From: Psammoneis japonica
Lineage: Eukaryota
Direction of reading: 5' to 3'
NCBI GenBank assembly: GCA_008632985.1
Contig: QPGO01000313.1
Coordinates: 1-61,169, forward strand
Length of the DNA stretch: 61,169 nt
Positions within the stretch are counted from its first letter, which is position 1. Each line of letters opens with the position of its first letter. Shown in pieces: positions 12,110 through 24,792 of the stretch. A program made the translations under genes and the position numbers. The notes beneath the pieces were generated by a model, which saw only the letters and a program-made list of their open reading frames with translations, searched no databases and had not been told where the DNA came from.

Positions 12110-15100
12110 CTAAGCTACATTCATGGCGTCGGGAATTGATCTTCTTGCGCTTGCCTTCGCGCTTGGACCTACATCGTTGTTTGTCGACTCGTGTAGAGGT
12201 GTCCGTGGTGCGACACCTCGATTCTGGCCCACTGACCCAAATGAGCGCGGGTTGACTGTGACGCTTTTCGTGCAATTGTTGGTCTTGTAGATCCCAACGA
12301 GACGGTCAGCAAGTTCGAACATATTGTTCCGTAGTGAAATGATGATAAATTGTGCGTTCTTGGTCCGCTCCTTGATATAGTTTGCAACAATGGAGACATT
12401 CTTGAAGTCTAGAGCCGCATCGATTTCGTCCATGACATACAGAGGTGTCGGCTTGTAGTGGTGCAACGCGAACACAAGAGCCAATGACGACAGCGTCTTT
12501 TCTCCCCCGGAGAGGTTAGCAATGTTCTTCCAGGATTTCTTGGGAGGTCGCACAGAAAAGACAATGCCTTCTGAAAAAGGATCAAGAGAGTCGACAAGCT
12601 CAAGCTCCGCGTCTCCTCCGAGAGTGATCATCTGATACATTTCTTTCAGCTTCAACGTAATGACCCCAAATCCATCCATAAACTTTTCCAGGCGCATGCG
12701 CCGCAGGTCCTCGTGAGTTTTGCGGGCCGCATTTCGTTCGTTGGTAACTTCATCAAGCTCCCCGACTCTGTGGGTAACAATAGCAAAAATAAAAAGTAAG
12801 CATACAAGACTTTTAGTGATTTCTGAAGAAGACCAAGATTTTGCTTACCTGGCAAGATAGTCGGCTTCTTTCTTTCGGTACTCAGCGATAGCGCCCATGT
12901 TAGCATTTTTCGCAAGCGCTTGGTATTCATCTTCGAGAATGCTGATATCGCTCTTAACTTCTTCTACACTGTATTGTTCAAGAGAGGCGAACGGTAGAGT
13001 TGGTAAGAGAGACCCTCCTCGCAATGCGCTCGCCGCGTCACTCTGATGAGGTTTCGGGGTGGCTTCGTCGTCTTCGCCTTCAACATCCTCCATTTCAACA
13101 TCCCCATCCGATGCAGAACTACGCGTCGCCTCCTCTTCCGCCGGGAGCTGCTCATCCTCTTCATCGTCAGAGTCATCGTAGTCGTCCTCTTCTGCGGCGG
13201 AACGAAGCTTAGAGATTTCCTGATCCCAGTGCTTCAAACGCCGCTCGCATTCAGAGATTTGTTTCTCGTGCGCTTCGACTTGCCCGACAAGCTCGATTTC
13301 AACACACTTGATCTCAGAAAGAGATTTCCTCAGATCTTCACATTCTCTGGTCACAGCCTCAAGATCCTTCCGACGATCACTCTCAACTACTTTAACCTTC
13401 TCGTAAGCTTGCATAACCTCAAACGCATCGGTTTCTAGCGTCTTAAACTCGGCCTGATTTTCCTCTAACTCAGATGAACACTTTGCGAGATCCTCTTCTG
13501 CAGCAGCCTTCGCTTTCTGCGCCTTTGACAGAGCTTTCTTACTGCTAGAAATTGCCACCTTGGCAGAGTTCAGCTCCTTCTCGGCAGCCAAAAGATCCGC
13601 AAGTGACTTGTCACAAGCTTTTTGCTGTTTCTTCAGACGCGGTCCTCCAGCATCAAGAATAGCCTTCTGAATTTTTGCGACTTCAGCTTCGAGCTTGGAT
13701 GCTAGCATTGTACAAGAAGCCATGTCTGCTTTACACTTCTGAACATTGCCGTTCAATTCTTTGAGTTTAGTGGCATCTTCCGCACTGAGTTCACACTGGG
13801 ATCGTAGTTCAGGAAGACGCTTCGTAAGTTCTTCCCTTGTTGTATCGAAACCAGCAATCTCCATTGTCAGCTTCGGTAGCTTCACTTGAAGAGTCTTCAC
13901 TCTTTTCTTTAGCACTCGAACCTCCGCTACAAGTTCACGGCGTCGGTTGCGACACTCTTGGAGCAGCTTCGTTCCTTGATTCGCCTCCTCCTCAACACCT
14001 TTGTAGTCGTCCTCGGAGGCGTCATCAATTTGCATGGCACTTGAGGCCGACCTGGAATTCTGAAAGATCAACCATACGGACAAGCACGATAATTAGTGAC
14101 GCTGGAATAAGACTCAAAACGACCCGATGATTAAAGCTTCTCACCGTAAGTCGCATTCCTCCTCTGCGAACAGACTTCCCTCCGCCAGCCATGGTACCAG
14201 AAGTATCAATCAGCTTCCCATCTAGAGCCACCACACGCCACCTCCTACTAAAATCGTATGCCCACCTCGTTGCAGTTTCAAGATCTGGTGCGACAAGAGT
14301 ATTGCCAACTGCCAAATAGATTGCAGGGGTGATAGCGAAATTGGAGGGAGAAATGAGTTCGAACAACCTCGGAGCGCCCTCGGGTGTTTCCACGGCCCGG
14401 TCGTGAGCACCTTTCTTCATTTTATCCAGAGGAATAAAGTTGGCCCGACCAGTTTGTTCTTTCGGAGAAATTCTAGACAGCGTTGAGCCCCAGCGGTTGT
14501 TTGGACCACCACGTGATCAAGCATGCCACATGCCGTGGAAACAGCAACGTCGTATTCCTCGGAAATACGAGCTAGATCACCAAGACGGCCTAGAACACCT
14601 ACTTTCGACAGCGGTCCATCTTTCCTAGCCGCTTTTAGGATGCCGGATACAGCCTTGGACCTACCACCTTTTGCTTGAATGGCTGCTTTGCCTCTTCGAC
14701 ACGGGCCTGGAAACGAATCGCAGAAACTGTCAGAGTGAATAGGTTGAAAGTACATTAGAATGAACCAAACACGACGGAAGAATACCTACCACAAGTTCCT
14801 TGTTTCGTTTAGCGAGCGCGGTTTCGCTTTTCTCAAGCTCCTTCTCTTCATTCTCTGCATCGACAATTCTCTGCTTTGAAGTCTCCAGCTCATCCTCGCA
14901 CGAAGCTAGTTCGTCTCTTTTGGAAGATTGATTCGAGTCAAGTGATGCAAGCTCCTTCTCCGCCGCCGCCAGCTGTTCTTTCGCACGAGTAGTCGAATCT
15001 TCAAGTAGCTTAACTTCCGTCGTAGCCGTGTCAAGCTTCGCTTGGAAAACCGTGCGCTCCTGGGTCACCGGCGCGAGCTCTTGTGTCTTTTCTTCCAAGT

Positions 15101-16535
15101 CAACTCGGAGCTTTTCTGTGATACCTTTCATGTCTTCAAAGATTCGTTCAAGCTTCTCGTCTTCCTCAGCCTTGGCTGTAGCACACGCTTCAATCTTCTC
15201 CTCGATCTCAGGGACACTTGCTTCCGCATTCTGACCTTTTGCGATCGCGTCGGCTTCTTTCTTAGCTTCCGATTTCACCTTCGCCTCAAGCTTTTTCTTT
15301 TCGGCCTTGCTGTGTTTGATCTCCTCACGTAGCTTGATATCTCTCCTCTCGTACGCCGCAAACTGCTCCTTCGTCTGCTTGAGTTCATCGTGAATCTTGT
15401 CGTACTCTGCCTTTTGCTTGGACAGACCTCCCTCTATTTCCTTCACTCGCTCGTCGGCTTCTTTCAGACGCAATCGCTCCGCGTCGAGCTCTTTCGCTAC
15501 AGCCCCCATGTCGTTCTCCTGCCGTTCCTTCTCCTTGGTCGCTTTCATAGCGTTGATTTGAAAGAGAACATTCTTCTTTCTACGGATCTCTCTCTCTTTT
15601 CCAAGAAGAGCCTCTGCCTCGATCTTGGCTCCTCGAGATTATCCTTCTCCTTCTCTACTGCCTTGACTCGATTGAGCTTCTCCTGACGTTGCTCCGTAAG
15701 TTCCTCCACCTTTGCTTGGGCAATATTGGTATCTTCGACATACTTGTTCGATCCAATGATGTCTTCGAGGTACTCCAATAGGCCCTCGTCGTTTTCTGTC
15801 TTTCCCTTGGGCGGCATCATTGAGATCATCTCGACTTCTCCCTGAAGAATAAGGAAACGATTGTTGTCGAGGTCGATTCCTTTCGAGTCTAAATACGCGG
15901 CAACGTCCTTGAAAGCGCAGTTCTTGCCGTCTAGCTTGTACGTGGAAGAGCTATCTTTTCTCGCGATACGAGACACCACTCTCTCAGTGTTTGGTACCAC
16001 ATCATAGTCTTCATCACCGTCGCCGGTATCGATAATCTCCTGAAAATGCACAGAGACTCTGGCAAACTGAGGAGGGTCTTCTTTGACTGCATCTGACTTA
16101 TGAATAAGCTCAGAAACCTTATTGAGACGGAGCTTCTTGGCACGCTTTCCGAAGACGAAAAGCATAGCGTCAATCACGTTGGACTTGCCCGAACCGTTTG
16201 GGCCAACTACTGAGGAAAAGCATTTGTGGAAAGGACCGATCTCTTTGATGCCAGCATAACTCTTGAAATTCTCGAGTACCTGACAGTGAAGGATTCAAAA
16301 AGAAATGTCAGAGGATACGGAGAATACGTTCAACTTACAACAAGAAAAGAAAATACCAGAAGCATCCGAGCAGCAAGTACGAACATACCATCTTTGTAAT
16401 CATGAGCCGCGGCGGCGGTGCAGATTCCTCAACATCCATAGAATTATTGTCGTTCGTATTGACATTATTCATTTGCTCCGGAGGGTCCGAATCAGCGGGG
16501 ACCGTCGCTTCAACGGAAGCGTCTGCCATTGTCAT
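12110..16535 (-). CDS. SMC4: Condensin subunit SMC4 (multi-exon; three apparent 1-nt deletions near 15630, 14690 and 14450)
   Basis: RLMITKM|VLENFKSYAG, Walker A VGPNGSGKSNVID, FLILQGEVEMISMM, hinge GRLGDL and DGKLIDTSGTMAGGG, LSGGEKTLSSLAL, Walker B YVMDEIDAALD. Confidence 0.95.
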
Positions 16536-16724
16536 GCCAAAGTTTGCAAGCACGGCGCCGGTCGTCTGGTGAGAAGAGACGCTCGCAACAAAAACCAGCG
16601 CGATAAATTCAAATATGCGACGCCGGCCATTAATTATATAAATAACTGAATATATATATTTACTCAGCTTCACGTTATTTTCTACGTACGTTGGTATCAC
16701 GTAAGGTGTTCAGTACTGACTATG

Positions 16725-18250
16725 TCGAAGCTGCAAGTCAAACCGTCGTTTTTTGTGTTCGCGATGTTCGTCAGATGTGGAAGAAATGAGATTCGAACAT
16801 TCCCAATTCCGTCAGCGAACACTTGCGCACCAAGACGCACGTGCTGGGGTAGTTTCCCAAACCAACAGGGAAAGTTTGTGGTGTTGTGGCTGAATCATCT
16901 GCAGGACTCGAGTGACTCATCATTTTCTGGCAAGCTTTCCACAGAGCCAAAATATCAGAGTGCAAAGAAGATGCCAAATCAACAGGAAGCAAGGCAGTGG
17001 TTGCTTGCTTTGGCGCTTTCCACAGCAGAGCTCACTTTGCCCGAGTCGTGCATGTGGCTGGTGCACAGGCAGGGGTGCTGCCCCCCCACACCCACTGAAA
17101 GAAATGAGATGTTGAAATCAACCTCATGGCTGCAGTGTGCAGCTGAAACAGAGCTGTTGCACTGACGAACATCAGTGCCATGATTTTGAATTTGGAGCAT
17201 GGGCCGGAGGTCGTTCTTGGTGCTCTTCTTGAAGAGTGGCGAGCACCTTCTTTTGTCAAAAATCTTGCTGCTTGTGGCAGACAGGCCCTGCCTGACAAGC
17301 CATTGAAAACTTGCCAACCTGTCAAAGAAGTGGGGTTTTCTTGCCCTTGAAAGTTGAGGAGCAAACTCACCCATCACAAACAGCAACTCCCGGGCCTCTA
17401 AAACAATGTGACTGGTGATTCTTTGGCACGCCTGAGGACAAGAGATGTGCTTTTTTGCTGTGATGTGTCTCTCACAATGCAGAGGACACCAGAGCAGGTT
17501 GAGTGTGGCCTTGAAGCACGCGCGACATTGGCGGTGCAAGAGTGCACAACAATCAACAAGTTCAACGCTGGGCCAGGCCTTGCACAGCTGGCGGTGCAGC
17601 AGAGCATTTTTGGTGGTGAGTGACGACTCATGTGCTGCATGACACACACCCTGAGCATTGTCACAGCAGAAATCATGGGGCAACCCACCAAAGCCAAGCA
17701 GCTGCAAGAGCAAAAAACAGCTGTCAGATTGCCAACATGACCAGCAAAAATGATGAACTGCTGAGGTGTGGTGCCAGAGAAAGCAAAAGCCACTTCTTGC
17801 AGTGTTGTCAAGAACATCAAAAAGTGCCTCCAGCAGTGGGGTTCAGGACAATGGTGACCTCGGGACAAGGAATGACAGGTTTGCCCAAAACATTCCAAAG
17901 GTGTGAAATTGACCCAGTTGCTTGAATTTGGCAGCGCCCATGATTAAACCCCCTGCTCACCAGGGATTTTTCAAAATGTGTGCATGAGAGATGGAGAAAA
18001 CTGCCAGTTTTCTTCTTGGCGTGTGCCTCCCACTACATTATTTGAACATGCTGTGCATTTTTTGGCACACAGAGAGGTGCTGCAAAATCAGGATTTATCA
18101 ACTGACTGACACAGTGGGCTGATCAGAACCCGTGCTGTTGCTTTTTCTGAAGAGCTGCAAGGTTTAGAAAGCAGTCATGTCCCTTTCACACACGTGGTGT
18201 GTTGCTCTCAGCAGCACCCACCATCTCAGATTTGAGTGGAACAACTTTGA
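16725..18250. other. TpA/CpG-depleted, TpG/CpA-rich hypermutated tract 1 (degenerate sequence of unknown origin)
   Basis: Only two TA seen by eye between 16960 and 18030 (17399 and 17945, both TAAA); ORFs nearly Tyr-free and Cys/His/Gln/Trp rich; TA frequency returns to normal at about 18255. Confidence 0.85.
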
Positions 18251-18454
18251 ATGTATACAACAGAGGCCACTCCAGTCTATGTCTGCAAGAAATTTCTGTG
18301 GTTCATGGCCTCACGCCCACATTTTTCTGTGCCGTTCAGTTGCACATCAGACGAAGAACCCCACTTTCTCTGTCCTTCTACATTACTTGACTTCTAGTCG
18401 TATTAACATGAAGTACATGATATATCCAATGCTCTGTATTATAAACTAAACGAA

Positions 18455-20672
18455 TCAACCAAACAAGTCTTCACTCTTTGCCCAGGAGTTGTCGCTGCCG
18501 TCCTTGGTATTGCTTGTTCCGGAGTCAAGAATGCGGAACTGAATCTCATTGTCTTGTTCGTGGGCTGAATAGTGAACAATGCTGTCACTTTTGATACCAC
18601 CTCTCTCTAGAAGACAAGAGTGAGCAATCCTTTTGCCCATCTTTTTCTCTACACCTTTCTGAATACTGCGGACTCCGGCTTCGGGGATCGCATCGCGAAC
18701 GACAATTTTTGCTATCAGATGCTTCGTGCCAGGCGTGATGATCTGCTTGACTCCACTATGCTTCTCCTGTTCTCTATCAATCAATATCTTAGCCACTATC
18801 ATCATTTCGCCAAGAAGAGCTTCTTCATCGCAATCCACTTCGTTTGCCATTGGCAGGAACGGCACGACTCCTCCTACTCTTCCTATGAACGCATCTGTGA
18901 AAGGATAGGTCATCTACAGCTTTTTCTGCACTCGGCGCTTAATGTCCTGCTGAATCTCTTCTAAATCGTCGCCCGTGGCTGTGTAGACGCCCCGGTGTTT
19001 CGCAGCATATTCTATAATGACCTGGTCCGCTGCGTTCGTCGTCATGACAAAGATGATATTGTCGCACCGGACCACTTCTGCCTGAACTTCCGCTCCCTTC
19101 ACAAGCCTCTTGTTGGTCCATTCCCCTTTGTCGATGACTTGGTAAAGACCGTGAATGACAGACTTATCGGATTTCTCGATTTCATCGAGAAGGACAATAC
19201 CGATAGATTCGGGTTGCTGCGACATTCGAGCCACAAAATTATTAAGAGCCGAGCCCTCATATGCACCTTGATAGGCTCCGGACATGCCAAAAACTTCATT
19301 CCCTTCCGAGAGCTTGCCGCAGTCGACTTTCAAAAAGAAATCATCTTCTGGTTTGTTCAGAAGGCCCGCAAGCCAAACTGCTAGTTCCGTTTTGCCATTA
19401 CCGGAAGGACCAGCGAAGATCATGCTCAACGGCTGCCGATTGGCACAAAGCTCTTGCTTGACACTTCGGTTCCTGATGTGGATCACAACCTCCTTGCGAA
19501 TCATATGCTTAGCCAGTCGCTGCCCCACAATGTTCGGAAAATCAAACTCTCTCATGAGGCAGAGTCTCAAAAGCGCGCTCTCTTTGCCGTACTGGTAAAG
19601 CAGGTTGAGAGAGTACAACTCAACGCGCTTCTGAAACTCAAAAAAGTAGTCGAGTGGTGATAGTTCCGCCTCAACCAGCTGCTTCGTACTTTCAGATACA
19701 TCGCCCATATTCTTGAACATAGCAGTGAGGGGGCTTTTTACGCCATACGCAAGTAGGAAGTTCAGAGGCTCGTACCGTAGCGAGAGGTTTGCTTCATTTC
19801 GGGATGGAAGAGGACAACCAAAATAGGAGAAGTCATAGGGATGGACACGATAATGTCGGATCCGTCGTCAGACGTAAGGTGCTTCTCTACGACACGAAGC
19901 ATGATGGATTTGTTCTTCTTTTTGTCCAGCTTCCATTGGTAGCGGAAGAAATACTCACGCGCCTGCTTGCGCCATTCCTTAGGTTGGTAAATTAGCAGCT
20001 CTTAAGGTGGGTGTAGCCCTGTTCATTTTCATACTCTCTCCAGTCCCGCCCGTAGCCCAAGTCCCGACCAGTGAGCTCGAGTCCTTGTAAGATAAGCCCC
20101 TTCTTCTTGTGGAGGCGCACCTGGAACTCTTCGATTACCTTGCCTCGATTGACTCCTTCGCGAAGGGAGCCAATTACATGAATGTTGCCGTTTAGCTCCG
20201 AAAGCCAATCATTCAGGAGTTTCCAAGGTACATAGGAGTACTTGACAGTGCCGTCAAAGTCGAGATATTTTAACGTGGACATGATTTTCAGTTTTATGAT
20301 GAAGCGGAAAGGGGTGCAAGGAGGGTCGGGCGAAGGATTTCGTACTGATCTGAAAAATTCAAAGGTGTACCGGCCGCTACGAGCATCTTGAAGTCAAAGA
20401 TACGAGCTTCATACCAAAGGCCCTCGGCGACATTGAAGTCATAGATTCGGTCGTCACATGAAAATCTGGGCTGGCACCTCGAGCACTCGATCCCTGCCTT
20501 ATTCATCTCGCATGATCCACACATCAAACGCGCATTACTGTACGAGCAAAAACATAAGTCCATCTGTTCATTTGTTTTGGTCAACGTGCTCCGATTCTCG
20601 GATCCATCACCAGTACCGATCTCGATTTGTGCTCTGTCCTGCTTCGAGTGAAACCCCCTGAATCAATGCCAT
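18455..20672 (-). pseudogene. Disrupted ClpB-like AAA+ ATPase gene
   Basis: Walker A GPSGNGKT, Walker B IVLLDEIEK, IFVMTTN, AFIGRV, GVRSI; in-frame TAG at 18916-18914 and frame breaks near 19770, 19995 and 20320. Some breaks could be assembly errors. Confidence 0.7.
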
Positions 20673-20829
20673 GCCTCCTGCCCTCTATTGTAGCTAGCTA
20701 CCGGTACAATTAATCGAGGTTCCATTTCCCATTTCACATGAACATTGCTACGCAGTCAATGTTGTGGGAGCGGTGGCGGTTGGCGCGGATCACTCCCAAC
20801 TGGGAGGTCTGTACAGTAAGTGCATTGGC

Positions 20830-22370
20830 ATGCATTGATGACGGACAGACAGTCAGTGTGTTGACAACTAACTGCTTGCCAACGTGGAGCAGCTGCTCTA
20901 GCCACCCACTGCCAGAGAGTGGCTCTGGCTAGACTGGCAGTCAGCACTGGACTGTTGGCATACTGTGTCTGTGGTGGGTGCAACAGACAGGAGTCTCCAG
21001 GGGCAGTTTGGCCCAAAACAGTTGTTGCTCAAAAAAAAGCCAGAGCTGGGAAGAGCCAACAAAGGGGAGCCCAGGTTGTGGCTGGTGCCAGTGATCTCGG
21101 CACTCTTCTCAAGCTCCCTGAGCTGACAAAATTGTTGCAGATTTGTTGCTCTAGTTGAAGGAGTGACTGCAAAAGATTTGTCACTCTGTTTGAAGCAGTG
21201 ACAGGATGAGACACACTGGGCTTTTCCTTGTGGGAAGAACACCGCAGCTCTCAAAGCAGGAGCGAATGAGTCAAGATGGACAGCAAAGCACAAAACAGGC
21301 AAAGAAGAGAATGGAGCAGAGTTTGATGGGAGCAATCAAGCTGCTGAGCTGCTGCAGCTCATGCCGCTGGAGCCAACGAGTGCCAAAAACCACTCAGAAG
21401 ATTGTTGGGCACCATGTCATCTGTGTGTCTGTGGGGGGAGCTCACTCTGCACAAAGAAGACAGGCTGGCATGCCAGCTGCAATTGGCTGCAAGAGTCAGT
21501 GTGTTCTCCAAGCTTGAGCACTCCAAGACTGGTGGACAATCTGGAGCAAGAAGTGCAGCCAGCATCTGAAGAATGATGCCAAGTGCTCTGACTGCAAAGC
21601 CAAGGCACCTGTGGTCGTTGTGACCAGCTGGTGCAACAAAGTGATGCCAACCAGGGCTGAAAGCTTGGAACAAAACTGCAACAATGAAAGACATCCAATG
21701 TCGTGAAGCTCTCAGCTGTGGTCAAGGATTTTGCATTTGATGCACGCAAAAAAAGTGCAGGCCACTTCAATGCCTCAAGCTTCCAAGGCATGGAAGGTGT
21801 CATTGTGCTGGGTGGAAAAGGCAACAATGAAGACTTGCTGCTGGCTTGCTGCAAGCAACTCACAGGCCACACACGGCAGACATTTTGGAAAAATCTTGAG
21901 GCAGAGGGTTGTGTCACAAAGATTGAAAAAACAAGCTTCTTTTCGCTGTCATGATCATGGGGGGCACTTGTGATGAAAACAGTTGGCTGTGTGCCAAGTG
22001 AGATGCAAGCAGATCAAACCTTGGGGCGGAACAAGAGAAGAAGCACCACGAAAAGGTGGAGGAAAAATGATGCTCTGCAGGCTCTGCAGCTCTCAATGTT
22101 GTGCTTGGAGCAGAAATCCAAAAGAAAGCACAGCAAAAGCTTCACACAAGACAACCAAGAAATTTCCATGTCACATGCAAGGCAGAGAGCAAACTGAAAT
22201 GCTGGAAGTTCTGGAAGCAGGGCCACAAAAGAAGGCTTCGCATGTGCAAGAACCCAAAGCAATCAGTGGACCATTTGAATCGCGCGCATGGCATGGTGCT
22301 CAAGCTCTTGTGACTGCGGGCACATCAATGAGAAAGGCCGGAGCCAACAAGCACCAACCGCCACAATGGC
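20830..22370. other. TpA/CpG-depleted hypermutated tract 2
   Basis: Only one TA seen by eye (about 21152) between 20965 and 22370; abundant TG/CA; Tyr-free spurious ORFs in all frames. Confidence 0.85.
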
Positions 22371-22435
22371 CGGCTATCCTTTAGCGATGTCGGTCCTTTT
22401 TCTTTCTTGCATGTGGTCCGTTGAGTGAATCTTCA

Positions 22436-24061
22436 ATGTTGGCACACGGATTGGTCACGGCTTCTGCGTCGTCAACACTACCAGAAGCACCTCAACTCGA
22501 CGACCTCGTCAGCCACGCCAACTCTTATGCTTCTGCTCATGGAATTCAGATTGAAATGCGAAACGACTCAGGCTCGTCTTCCTTCGAATGTGCCCCCATC
22601 TCGCTTTTGCCCAACGCATACCCCAAAGAAGCATTCGAGAAAGCAAAAAGTCTGGCACCGCCTTTCAACGAATTGGTGGACCGAATCAGTCGCGATGGCG
22701 AATTCCTCGAGAACACTCTCGGGGCCGGGGTGTCAGAAGCGGACCCTTTTACGGGAAAGTTGCTTGATATGTACAGGGATATTTATCTCGGTGAGGCTGA
22801 TAAAGGGAAGTTTGCACGAATTGCAGATCGTCTCGGGATTCAAAGGAGCGACTACATGCTAAACACAAACGAAGGGTCTGAATACCAGCTTAAACAGGTT
22901 GAGCTCAATACAATTGCGTCTTCGTTTGCGGGCCTGGCGGTCAATGTGGCAGCTTTGCATCGACATTTAGTTTCTCGTTTCGTATACGACGTTGAACCAT
23001 TCCTGCAACGCAACAAGCACGCTGTCGTCGGCACCGATCGAAACACTGGCACTAGAGACGGTGTTCCAGAAAATCCTGCACTCTCTTGTCTTCCAATGGC
23101 TATGAATGTCGCTCACGAACAGTATAGGAAACGGTTTGATTCAGAGAGTCCTGCAATTTTGTTTGTTGTACAAGATGGAGAAACAAATACGGTCGATCAA
23201 CGTATGATCGAGTTCCGTCTGTGGGATACGCATGGAATACCCGTTATTAGAATGTCACTAAGGAAGGCTCAAACAGAACTTGAGCTTGATGAATCCACTG
23301 GAGCTCTATACGTTAAATTGAGAAATTCTGACAGTGGGAAAAGGCAAGAGGTCAGTGTCGTGTACTTTCGAGCTGGCTACGCACCCACCGATTATCAGGA
23401 CGGATACGACGGAATCGAATGGCAGTCTCGGGAAACAATTGAGAGATCCAGGGCGACAAAGTGCCCATGCTTAGGCTTCCACCTTGCTGGAACTAAGAAA
23501 GTTCAGCAAGAACTGGCTCGGCCTGGAACTCTTGAACGTTTCTTCCCAAGTGGCAATGAGGAGCCGGTGGTTGAGTCGATGCGTAGTGCATTTGCAGGTT
23601 TGTACAGCCTTGGCGACGATGCGACAGACGCAGATATTGCTTCGGTTACAGATGTTCTGTCTGGTAAGGAGGGCCAGTATGTGCTGAAGCCACAGAGAGA
23701 AGGCGGAGGCTATAACTATTATGGACGAGACCTGGCGGACAAAATTCGCGACAATGTGGAGGAAAACGAATCAGGAACAATCACTCTGGGCGCCGGGCTG
23801 GCGGAATTTATCCTAATGGAGAGACTGTTTCCTCCAAAACAGGATGCTATACTGCTACGATCTGGTCGCGTAGAAGGCTCTGGAGACAGTATATCGGAAC
23901 TCGGGTGCTTTGGAACTGTCGTCACTACCCATGAAGGCGACATTCTCCATAATGAATTCGCGGGATATCTTCTTCGAACGAAATTCAGCAATGTTGACGA
24001 AGGTGGTGTCGCTTCCGGCTTTGCGACGTTGTCTAGCCCGTATCTTGCTAGCTCATCTTAG
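22436..24061 (+). CDS. GSS: Glutathione synthetase (eukaryotic type)
   Basis: LGIQRSDYM, KQVELNTIASSF, VYFRAGYAP, HLAGTKKVQQ, YVLKPQREGGGYN, SELGCFG, GYLLRTK, EGGVASGF; single exon. Confidence 0.96.
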   Translation: MLAHGLVTASASSTLPEAPQLDDLVSHANSYASAHGIQIEMRNDSGSSSFECAPISLLPNAYPKEAFEKAKSLAPPFNELVDRISRDGEFLENTLGAGVSEADPFTGKLLDMYRDIYLGEADKGKFARIADRLGIQRSDYMLNTNEGSEYQLKQVELNTIASSFAGLAVNVAALHRHLVSRFVYDVEPFLQRNKHAVVGTDRNTGTRDGVPENPALSCLPMAMNVAHEQYRKRFDSESPAILFVVQDGETNTVDQRMIEFRLWDTHGIPVIRMSLRKAQTELELDESTGALYVKLRNSDSGKRQEVSVVYFRAGYAPTDYQDGYDGIEWQSRETIERSRATKCPCLGFHLAGTKKVQQELARPGTLERFFPSGNEEPVVESMRSAFAGLYSLGDDATDADIASVTDVLSGKEGQYVLKPQREGGGYNYYGRDLADKIRDNVEENESGTITLGAGLAEFILMERLFPPKQDAILLRSGRVEGSGDSISELGCFGTVVTTHEGDILHNEFAGYLLRTKFSNVDEGGVASGFATLSSPYLASSS

Positions 24062-24792
24062 AAATAGCGCTTGTACTATTTAGCTAGCTAACTACCTGGT
24101 GGTATAGAGTTACTCAGTGCTCAACATGCATTTACGTAGACTACAAACTCCCTATTTCCTGTTCGACCTAGACATCGCTGAATTGGTCCGGATTAGGCTT
24201 TCCAAATAGAGTGGACCTTGAATCCAATCTTGAGAAGCGCGTCCGAATCAACAAGGCGGCAGCCATCAAAGACAAAGGCGGGCTTGGACATTACTTGTAG
24301 ATGCGTTCGTAATCGAGAGTTTTGAACTCGTCCCACTCCGTAAAGACGCAAATGGCGTGCGCTTCGCCGCAAGCAGAGTGCGCTGCCGGAGCAGTCGTGA
24401 ACAGAACCTTTGCGACCTTGTCTAGCTAGTAGAGCCCGTAGCTGTGCTACTTCATCTTAGAAATAGAGTTTGTACTTTACTAACTAACTAAAGAGTTACT
24501 TAGTACTCAACATGCATTTACGTACACTACAAACTCCCTATTTCCTATTCGATCTCTAGAGATCGCTGAATTTGTCCGGATCAGGCTTTCCAATCGAGTG
24601 GACCTCGAATCCAATCTTGCGAAGCGCGTCCGAATCAACAAGGTTGCGGCCATCAAAGACAAACGCGGGCTTGGACATTGTCTTGTAGATGCGTTCGTAA
24701 TCAAGAGTTTTGAACTCGTCCCATTCGGTCAAGATGCAAATGGCGTGCGCTCCGTCGCAAGCAGAGTACGCATCCGGAGCAGTCGTGACAGA
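24019..24792. repeat. Tandem duplication of about 390 bp (24019-24405 / 24408-24792) covering the convergent 3' ends of GSS and UGDH
   Basis: CTTTGCGAC.TTGTCTAGC, TCATCTTAGAAATAG, CTCAACATGCATTTACGTA.ACTACAAACTCCCTATTTCCT and GGAGCAGTCGTGA occur in the same order in both copies. Confidence 0.92.
24168..24405 (-). pseudogene. Degenerate copy of the UGDH 3' end
   Basis: Aligns to 24556-24792 with substitutions and indels (TCCAAATAG vs TCCAATCG; CATTACTTG vs CATTGTCTTG). Confidence 0.85.
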
